From: Alphaproteobacteria bacterium
GTDB taxonomy: Bacteria > Pseudomonadota > Alphaproteobacteria > Rickettsiales > JADKJE01
Length of the DNA stretch: 64,000 nt
Direction: 5' to 3'
Assembly: GCA_016722515.1 (NCBI GenBank)
Contig: JADKJE010000001.1
Location: forward strand, 132,189-196,188
Shown piece by piece: positions 57,092 to 64,000 of the stretch (its first letter is position 1; every line of letters begins with the position of its first letter). Position numbers and translations under genes: made by a program. A model generated the notes under the pieces. It had not been told where the DNA came from. It was given only the letters and a program-made list of their open reading frames with translations, and did no database searches.

Positions 57092-57255
57092 ATATATTTC
57101 CTAAAATGACCTGTTTAATCGATCCTTTGATTATCGTACACATATCATACCTTGTCAAGACGCCTTCAAAACCAACATCATAGCAGGACCGATCTCGACT
57201 TTTAGCCTAAACGATAGTATGATGCCGACCTCACTTTAATTAGGTTAAAGAACCC

Positions 57256-59412
57256 GTGCGTCGATTTCCTCTGTTTCACTATTTCCCCCTTGGCCTTTCC
57301 GCGCTTGCCACTTTTTTTTCCCTGGCAACCTATTTGGCTATCACCCATGAGAAAAAACTGTTAAACGGCAACCATAGCGAAATTATCGCATTGCTGCTGA
57401 TTGATTTAATCCTCCTTTTGAGCCTGACGATCATCATCACGCGCAGAGTTCTTAAATTTATGGCAGACCGAAAACGCTCATTGGGCGAGGCCCAATTACA
57501 AACGCGCGTTGTCTTGATGTTTTGCCTTGTCTCGGCTATCCCTACCGTTATCGTTGCTGTTTTCTCTGTGCTATTCTTCAAATTTGGTATCGAATCGTGG
57601 TTTAACGAACGCGTCAATACAGCCTTGCAGCAATCGGTTGCAGTCGCCGAAGCCTATCTTCAGGAACACAAACAAATGATTCGTGGCGATATCATCGCCA
57701 CATCCTACGACCTGAATCGCCAAGCTTATTATATCCGCGATAATCAACAAGCGATAGAACAGTTTATATCCATTCAAGCAAAGGTCCGAAAGCTCCAGGA
57801 AGTAGTGGTTTTTCGTGGAAATTCTGAACATACCATCATTGCCCGTTCTAAGTTCAGTATGTTGCTGAACCACGAATTAGAAGATATCACCGATGACATG
57901 ATCCAAAAAGTAAACCAGGGCGAAATTGTCATGCTTCCCAATGAAGATGACCGCGTACTTGCTTTAATGAAATTAGATAATTACTTTAACACGTATCTGT
58001 TGGTAGGACGGTACGTCGACAGCAAAATTACCGGCTATATCGAAGATACTCAGGGGGCTTATCAGGAATACAAGCATCTAAAAACGGGTATTTTGGATTT
58101 ACAAATTCGCTTTATGTTCGTGTTTGTGGTGGTTGCTCTCTTATTATTACTGACTGCTATCTGGCTAGGTGCCGCATTTGCTAGTTACCTTATACGCCCT
58201 ATCTCACGACTGGCTGCCATTACAGAGCGTGTCAAAGACGGCGATTTATCGGTTAGGATTGCTGATACCAAAAAGACCGATGAAATTGCCATGTTAGGCA
58301 GAGCCTTTAACCGTATGACTGAACAGCTTGAATCTCAACGAAAAAGGCTAATCGAAACCAACCAAGAGCTTGATTTTAAGAGGCGTTTTAATGAAACCGT
58401 CCTACTGGGCGTTTCTGCAGGGGTCATCTCCTTGGATTCCACAAAATTAGTGACATTAGCCAACCGGTCAGCCTTGCAACTGTTAAATAGGGATATGGCA
58501 AGTATGCTGCAAAAACCGTTTGACCAGATTCTGCCTGAATTTTATGAACTCCTCGACGAAGCCGAAAATGATCCTGACCATACCGTTAGCTCACAAATCA
58601 GCCTGCAGCGAAATGGCCGTAAAATGACCTTGATGGTACGCGTAACCACCGAAATGTTTTCCGGTGGTATTGAAGGTTATGTCATCACATTCGATGATAT
58701 TACCGAATTGGTGAGTGCACAACGTAGCGCAGCGTGGGCTGATGTCGCACAAAGGATTGCACACGAAATTAAAAACCCACTGACCCCTATCCAATTAGCC
58801 GCAGAACGATTAAAACGTAAATATTCAGCTGAAGTTTCTGATAAAGAAATGTTTGAACGCTACACGGAAACCATCACTCGCCACGTCCATGATATTGGTT
58901 CTATGGTGGAAGAATTTGTTAACTTTGCACGTATGCGTCCTGTGGTTCTTTTGCCTCTTAATGTTCAAACGGTTTTAAAATCAATTGCATTTTCACAAGA
59001 ATGTGCTCATCCTTCTATAGAATATCATCTGGATTTTCCGGACTCCCCATCGCTTATCATGGGCGATGAGTCTCAAATGTCTCAGGTATTCACCAATATT
59101 TTATTAAATGCAGCAGAATCGATTCAGGCTAAAATTCAAAAGGGAGCCTTGCAACCTGATAAGGGAAAATTAAGGATTAGCGTTGAACATCAAGATGGTG
59201 CATGTACCATTACATGTACCGACAATGGGCTTGGTTTTCCTGTGGATCTACTCGACCGGATTACCGAACCCTACGTAACAACCAGAGCTAAAGGTACTGG
59301 ACTCGGTCTGGCTATCGTTAAAAAAATTGTAGACGACCATAACGGGCGATTAGTTCTTGCAAACAACTCCGAGGGAGCGTATGTAAAAATATCGCTTCCG
59401 CTTAACCACTAA
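57256..59412 (+). CDS. ntrY: sensor histidine kinase NtrY
   Basis: N-terminal TM helices, HAMP (RPISRLAAITERVKDGDLSVRI), PAS, H-box AHEIKNPLTPIQLAAERL and ATP-binding motifs DNGLGF and GTGLGLAIVKKI. Confidence 0.88.
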   Translation: MRRFPLFHYFPLGLSALATFFSLATYLAITHEKKLLNGNHSEIIALLLIDLILLLSLTIIITRRVLKFMADRKRSLGEAQLQTRVVLMFCLVSAIPTVIVAVFSVLFFKFGIESWFNERVNTALQQSVAVAEAYLQEHKQMIRGDIIATSYDLNRQAYYIRDNQQAIEQFISIQAKVRKLQEVVVFRGNSEHTIIARSKFSMLLNHELEDITDDMIQKVNQGEIVMLPNEDDRVLALMKLDNYFNTYLLVGRYVDSKITGYIEDTQGAYQEYKHLKTGILDLQIRFMFVFVVVALLLLLTAIWLGAAFASYLIRPISRLAAITERVKDGDLSVRIADTKKTDEIAMLGRAFNRMTEQLESQRKRLIETNQELDFKRRFNETVLLGVSAGVISLDSTKLVTLANRSALQLLNRDMASMLQKPFDQILPEFYELLDEAENDPDHTVSSQISLQRNGRKMTLMVRVTTEMFSGGIEGYVITFDDITELVSAQRSAAWADVAQRIAHEIKNPLTPIQLAAERLKRKYSAEVSDKEMFERYTETITRHVHDIGSMVEEFVNFARMRPVVLLPLNVQTVLKSIAFSQECAHPSIEYHLDFPDSPSLIMGDESQMSQVFTNILLNAAESIQAKIQKGALQPDKGKLRISVEHQDGACTITCTDNGLGFPVDLLDRITEPYVTTRAKGTGLGLAIVKKIVDDHNGRLVLANNSEGAYVKISLPLNH

Positions 59413-59430
59413 AAGGGCTATAACGTAGCT

Positions 59431-60816
59431 ATGTACGAGATACTCATAGTTGATGATGAAAAAGATATTTGCAATTTGACAAGTGATATTTTGTCAGATG
59501 CCGGGTACCGCACCCGTACCGCGACCAATAGCGATACTGCGCTTGCTGCTGTGGACGAACGTGTTCCGGCCGCCATATTGCTAGATATCTGGTTACAAGG
59601 AAGCGAGCTTGACGGCTTAGGCGTACTTGAACTTATCCTACGTAAGTACAATGATATTCCCATTATCGTTATGAGTGGCCACGGTAATATTGAAACCGCT
59701 GTTTCTGCGCTTAAACTTGGAGCGTATGATTACCTGGAAAAGCCATTTAAAGAAGATAAACTTTTATGGTCTTTAAAAAATGCTATCGATAAATCTAAAT
59801 TAAAACGCGAAAACGCAGAACTAAAATTTCGCAGTTCTTTTGAAGATGTATTGATTGGAGAGTCATCCGTTATTTTGCGGCTTCGCAGCCTGATCCAAAG
59901 GGTAGCCCCGACCAAAAGCCGTGTTCTGATTACAGGACCTGCCGGTTGTGGTAAAGAAGTGGTTGCCCGCATGATCCATGCAAAATCTATCCGGGCAAAC
60001 AGTCCTTTTATTACTGTTAATGCAGCAAGTATCTCATCAGAGAATTTTGAAGAAGAGCTTTTTGGAACGGAAGAATCGGGACATTTTGGCAATCCACGAA
60101 AAGTCGGACTGGTAGAAAAGGCACATGGTGGCACTCTTTATTTAGACGAAATAGCCGATCTATCACTGGCCACACAAGGAAAAATTCTTCGCATCCTGCA
60201 GGAGCAAACATTTAACCGTATCGGTAGCGGACGTTCTGTTGAAGTTGATGTCCGTATTATTTCTGCATCCAGTGAAAATCTCCTTGCCGCCATACAGGAT
60301 GGACGATTGCGCGAAGACCTGTACTACCGGCTGAATGTCGTACCAATCCAGGTTCCTTCCCTTACAGAACGCCGAGATGATATTCCCGTTTTATGTGAGT
60401 ATTTCCTTAAACGCGCATCCCAAACCACCGGTTTGCCTGAAAGAGATGTATCGATGGATGCCCTGGTGGCCATGCAAACCTATGACTGGCCAGGGAATGT
60501 ACGTCAATTACGCAATGTCATTGAGTGGCTGCTTATTATGTCTCCAGAAAATGCCGCCGAAAAAATTACCTCACACATGCTACCTCCTGAAATACTTGGT
60601 AATCGTAGTAGCGCCGGTCAATTCCTTGCTGAAGATATTCTCTGCCGCCCATTACGTGATGCACGCGAAGTTTTTGAACGCGAGTATATCACCGCACAAT
60701 TAAAACGTTTCAAGGGAAATGTGTCCCGCACAGCCACATTCATCGGCATGGAACGCTCTGCACTTCATCGCAAATTACGACTGCTTGACTTAGTGCAGGA
60801 AGAATTGGAAGCTTAG
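59431..60816 (+). CDS. ntrX: response regulator NtrX (REC + AAA+ + HTH), GAFTGA motif absent
   Basis: REC domain (ILIVDDE...LLDIWL), Walker A GPAGCGKE, Walker B GGTLYLDEI and C-terminal HTH GNVSRTATFIGMERSALHRKL. The loop reads ELFGTEESGHFGNPRKVG instead of ELFGHEKGAFTGA. Confidence 0.88.
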   Translation: MYEILIVDDEKDICNLTSDILSDAGYRTRTATNSDTALAAVDERVPAAILLDIWLQGSELDGLGVLELILRKYNDIPIIVMSGHGNIETAVSALKLGAYDYLEKPFKEDKLLWSLKNAIDKSKLKRENAELKFRSSFEDVLIGESSVILRLRSLIQRVAPTKSRVLITGPAGCGKEVVARMIHAKSIRANSPFITVNAASISSENFEEELFGTEESGHFGNPRKVGLVEKAHGGTLYLDEIADLSLATQGKILRILQEQTFNRIGSGRSVEVDVRIISASSENLLAAIQDGRLREDLYYRLNVVPIQVPSLTERRDDIPVLCEYFLKRASQTTGLPERDVSMDALVAMQTYDWPGNVRQLRNVIEWLLIMSPENAAEKITSHMLPPEILGNRSSAGQFLAEDILCRPLRDAREVFEREYITAQLKRFKGNVSRTATFIGMERSALHRKLRLLDLVQEELEA

Positions 60817-61034
60817 CCCCCTCTGCCAACGCACGAGTGTCCAATAAACATTCTATGGATCGATAACAATTATTGCGCGCCACGACAACATTTCATCCTC
60901 CTCGCCTCTTTTGGGACGAGGAGAATGGCCTTTGTGGGAAATGAGTACATTTGTTATCAAGCTATTTTTATGTCTCACTTTATTGTTTACGTTAACCGCA
61001 TCACACCTATAATCGGTGTGCGAGGCGAAAAAGC

Positions 61035-62009
61035 CTACAACCCAAATTGCGCCCGTGCAATACGCTCTTCCGCCGAGGTAAGCAACGTGCCCACCAATGC
61101 TTCCTCTTTTCCTGCTCCCAGAAACTTAGACAGTATCCCTTTTGATTTGGTGACTTGTTTAAAGACAATATCCTTACCATAACGTTCGCGCAGAACCGTA
61201 TGGTAATCTCCAATAGAATCAACCAAGCCTAAGCCAATGGCTCTGCCTGCAGTCCAGAATAATCCAGAAAATAATGTATCCTTATCTTCTTCTTTTATTT
61301 TCCCCTGCCGACGTTCACAGACCATGGATTTAAAGGAATCATGCATATCTCCTGATAATTCCATAATTGATGTGATATCATCTTCCCTGACTTCTTGAAA
61401 GGGATCAAGAATCGATTTGCGTTTTCCCTGAGTATAAACTCGCCTTTCAATACCCCATTTTTTAATAAAATCCTGAAATCCAAACCCAGCATAAATAACA
61501 CCAATACTTCCCACTATTGAGGTATCGAGCGCAATAATTTCATCGCCAGCGCAGGCAAGCCAATATCCACCTGAAGCTGCCACATCTTCAACAAAGGCAA
61601 TAACTGGAACTTCTTTTTCACTGGATAATTGTCGTATGCGTCTGAATATAAGTTCAGATTGCACAGGGGAACCACCCGGTGAATTAATAATGAGCGCAAC
61701 CGCCTTAAGATTCTTTAACTTAAATATTTTGTTCAAGTTCACATTCAGTCCTTCCAAAGAGAGCGGCTGACGACCAAACCCCGAACCTGATGGCGCACTG
61801 ATAATGCCACTTAAACGTATAAGACCAACCACTGGCTTTGGCTTAAACCATTTCCTACAAAGCCGAATGGGATAACAGCTTCTAACGGTTTTTTCTATCT
61901 TATTCTCCGTGCTTTCATCGGATAAACGTGTATGGGTATTCATAACCACAAAACTCCTTAAATGAACTAAAACTGCGCTGAATATAACGCATATTATTCC
62001 AACATACAA
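61035..62009 (-). CDS. S49-family signal peptide peptidase (SppA 36K / SohB-like)
   Basis: Motifs INSPGGSPVQSE and VAASGGYWLACAGDEI (catalytic Ser). The start is uncertain; an internal ATG lies at about 61943. Confidence 0.8.
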   Translation of the reverse strand: MYVGIICVIFSAVLVHLRSFVVMNTHTRLSDESTENKIEKTVRSCYPIRLCRKWFKPKPVVGLIRLSGIISAPSGSGFGRQPLSLEGLNVNLNKIFKLKNLKAVALIINSPGGSPVQSELIFRRIRQLSSEKEVPVIAFVEDVAASGGYWLACAGDEIIALDTSIVGSIGVIYAGFGFQDFIKKWGIERRVYTQGKRKSILDPFQEVREDDITSIMELSGDMHDSFKSMVCERRQGKIKEEDKDTLFSGLFWTAGRAIGLGLVDSIGDYHTVLRERYGKDIVFKQVTKSKGILSKFLGAGKEEALVGTLLTSAEERIARAQFGL

Positions 62010-62194
62010 GTCACTGCTGCAATTTGTTATCTATAGATATTTTTAATATTACCAATTAAATTTTTTATCAATATTATTGATATTACCAACAATAACATAT
62101 AATTTCATAACAAATTTTATTACAATTTTTTTTACTGTGTAAATAAGACACACATCGCAGACAATTAGCACAATTGTTAATCTCCATCACATAA

Positions 62195-62554
62195 ATGCTT
62201 GAAGATTTCGTAAAATATTGCATGCTGGACCATATGAAAAACACAAAAAAGCGCTCTAAAATCCCTACGTCTTATGACAACACCATTGATATCCTTATTG
62301 GTAATCGCATCCTCGTGCGCCGCCTTAAGCTCAAATTATCACGCCAGCAAATCTGCAAATCATTACAGATAACCCCACAGCAACTTCGTAAATACGAACA
62401 TGGAATGAACCGCATCTCAGCCAGCACATTATTCCAAATTTCGTTCTTGTTAAAAGTCCCTATTCATTTTTTCTTTGACTTTAACGTGGCGTATGTAAAA
62501 ATGGAAATCTCTCCATGCAAAAAACTTAACAAAACCCTCAAGTTGGAGTCTTAA
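62195..62554 (+). CDS. XRE-family helix-turn-helix transcriptional regulator
   Basis: IGNRILVRRLKLKLSRQQICKSLQITPQQLRKYEHGMNRISASTLFQISFLLKVPIHFFF. Several candidate starts. Confidence 0.7.
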   Translation: MLEDFVKYCMLDHMKNTKKRSKIPTSYDNTIDILIGNRILVRRLKLKLSRQQICKSLQITPQQLRKYEHGMNRISASTLFQISFLLKVPIHFFFDFNVAYVKMEISPCKKLNKTLKLES

Positions 62555-62558
62555 CCTG

Positions 62559-62960
62559 ATGTTTGCCAAATCCGCTCCAAGAGATACCTTCCTTATCCTG
62601 ACCTCTATGGTCGATATTGTGTTTCTTCTGCTTATTTTCTTTATGGTGACCTGTACCTTTTATGTAGCCAATTCAATTGATATGAATGTATCGGTCGTTA
62701 ATGAAGCCAAAATCAATGTCGATCATATGCCCATTGTTTTAACAGCCAAACCCAATCAAATGGTCCTTTGGCATGAAACACTTTTTCCACTTGATAAATT
62801 AAGCACATCATTAGCGTATGCCCTTAAAACGGATCCAAAGGCCCCCATCCTTATTAAGCCAGGAGACCAATCTACCGTGCAAGATTTGGTAGTACTTCTT
62901 GATATCGTTAATAAATCGGGTGGAAAAAGCGTTTCCCTGGTCGATGACGATTCGATTTAG
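62559..62960 (+). CDS. ExbD/TolR-family biopolymer transport protein (no ExbB/TolQ partner adjacent)
   Basis: LTSMVDIVFLLLIFFMVT TM helix plus a periplasmic domain. 4-nt convergent overlap with nagZ. Confidence 0.8.
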   Translation: MFAKSAPRDTFLILTSMVDIVFLLLIFFMVTCTFYVANSIDMNVSVVNEAKINVDHMPIVLTAKPNQMVLWHETLFPLDKLSTSLAYALKTDPKAPILIKPGDQSTVQDLVVLLDIVNKSGGKSVSLVDDDSI

Positions 62961-64000
62961 CCCCCAACCAGTTCCGCTAATCTGTTTTCCAGTTCTAACA
63001 CGTCACATACAGAAGCAGGTTTTATAAATTGAAAACCATTCTCAAGGCGCCTTGCGGCTTCCATGCCAAGCAACGGTGCTGCTTCTAATACTTCGCTCAT
63101 TTCCGTCATATTGCCATTACAGTGCAACAATAAATCACATCCTGCCTGAACCGCTTGATGGGCTTTATTCGTAAACGAACCCGTCAACGCCTTCATCGAT
63201 AAATCGTCACTGATGATAACACCGTCATATTCTAGATTTTCACGTATATACCTAATCACCCGAGGCGACAACGTGGCCGGATGCGACACATCCAAACAAC
63301 GATACACAACATGGGCTGTCATTGCCCATGGAATAAATTTTAATTGCTTAAACACTTCAAAATCGTGACGAGCCAGTATATCATAACTTTCAATAACTTC
63401 GGGCAATTCTTCATGGCTATCGACTAAAGCTCGCCCATGCCCCGGAATATGTTTCATAATAGGAACAACACCAGCATCTGCTAAACCTCTGGCAACCTCG
63501 CCGGCAAGAGCTACTATCAGCGAAACCGTATTGCCGTAAGACCGATCACCGATGATCGAATGAGCGCCATCGATGAGTAAATCAGCCACCGGGGCACAAT
63601 CCACATTAATACCAAGTGAGGCTAATTCCAAACCCATCAGTTTTCCGCTCAGATAAGCCGATTCCTTCGCATGTTCCAAATGCTTCTCTGCCAATTGCGC
63701 TATTTTCTGTGCAGGAAACGTTTTTCTAAAATAGGGAGGCCTTAACCTTGCAACTCTTCCGCCTTCTTGATCAATCAGGATAGGAGCATCCTGCCTGCCT
63801 GATAGGTGACGCAATTGCTTTACTAAACGCTTCACTTGATCAGGATGTTTGACATTCCTGGCAAATAAAATAAAACCAAGAGGATTATGATCGCTAAAGA
63901 GTTTTTCTTCCTGCGCGTTTAAGATTTCGCCTTCAAGACCAACAATGACAGCTTTAGGCGCTGCGATAGTTAGAGTGGTGGGTGTAGGGTTATTTAGCAA
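62957..64000 (-). CDS. nagZ: beta-N-acetylhexosaminidase NagZ (runs to the window edge, so the N-terminus may be incomplete)
   Basis: Motifs GFILFARN, IDQEGGRVARL, KHIPGHGRA and VIISDDLSMKAL. Confidence 0.88.
   Translation of the reverse strand: MLNNPTPTTLTIAAPKAVIVGLEGEILNAQEEKLFSDHNPLGFILFARNVKHPDQVKRLVKQLRHLSGRQDAPILIDQEGGRVARLRPPYFRKTFPAQKIAQLAEKHLEHAKESAYLSGKLMGLELASLGINVDCAPVADLLIDGAHSIIGDRSYGNTVSLIVALAGEVARGLADAGVVPIMKHIPGHGRALVDSHEELPEVIESYDILARHDFEVFKQLKFIPWAMTAHVVYRCLDVSHPATLSPRVIRYIRENLEYDGVIISDDLSMKALTGSFTNKAHQAVQAGCDLLLHCNGNMTEMSEVLEAAPLLGMEAARRLENGFQFIKPASVCDVLELENRLAELVGG

Noticed and set aside
57092-57255. SOS/LexA box upstream of the umuD-like gene
   Set aside because: I looked for GTTC-N7-GTTC, GAAC-N7-GAAC and CTGT-N8-ACAG patterns and saw none. 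The TGAT...ATCA stretch near 57130-57155 is not a true palindrome.
60898-60923. Hairpin CTCCTCG-12 nt loop-CGAGGAG about 80 nt downstream of ntrX as a terminator
   Set aside because: The 7-bp stem has a long 12-nt loop and no following T-tract, so the support is too weak to call.
1-64000. CRISPR arrays, tRNA, rRNA, tmRNA and riboswitches
   Set aside because: Scanning the intergenic regions by eye showed no regularly spaced direct repeats and no cloverleaf-like or rRNA-like sequence. A covariance-model scan (tRNAscan-SE, Infernal/Rfam) would be needed to exclude small RNAs.

Overview
AT-rich (about 40% GC by eye) chromosomal segment of an alphaproteobacterium. Gene content suggests an intracellular Rickettsiales/Holosporales-like lineage: a 17-kDa-antigen-type lipoprotein, NDUFA12-, COQ9-, NDUFS6-zinc-finger- and MPP-like genes, NtrYX and long-type SerC. 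This lineage call is inference. Most of the window is housekeeping: acnA, cdsA-dxr, cysQ, an AsmA/YhdP-like giant, bcp, fabI, aroC, mutY, purF, cvpA, radA, infC, thrS, an M16 peptidase, serA, serC, mlaD, ntrYX, sppA-like, exbD-like and nagZ. The main accessory region lies at about 40.66-49.19 kb. It holds a decayed CDI/two-partner-secretion-type polymorphic toxin locus. Its parts are two about 742-bp direct repeats carrying a promoter plus a TPS-domain 5' end, three different toxin-tip/immunity cassettes, a ParB-methyltransferase remnant and a 1233-bp IS3-family element. No cdiB/tpsB gene and no FHA shaft are present. Other notable items: (1) a triplet of paralogous small lipoproteins with a conserved two-cysteine motif at 0.2-1.6 kb; (2) two adjacent giant orphan ORFs of 932 and 576 aa; (3) a small IS4-like remnant inside the purF-cvpA-radA block; (4) a stand-alone heme-copper-oxidase-like membrane protein; (5) a possible heme-oxygenase-like di-iron enzyme next to an orphan histidine kinase; (6) an orphan UmuD-like gene; (7) a short repeat dispersed at three gene 3' ends; (8) infC with a non-AUG (ATA) start. 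I recognised no rRNA, tRNA or CRISPR array by eye. All calls come from reading the supplied translations and the DNA. No searches or computations were run, and hand-counted coordinates of small motifs may be off by 1-2 nt.
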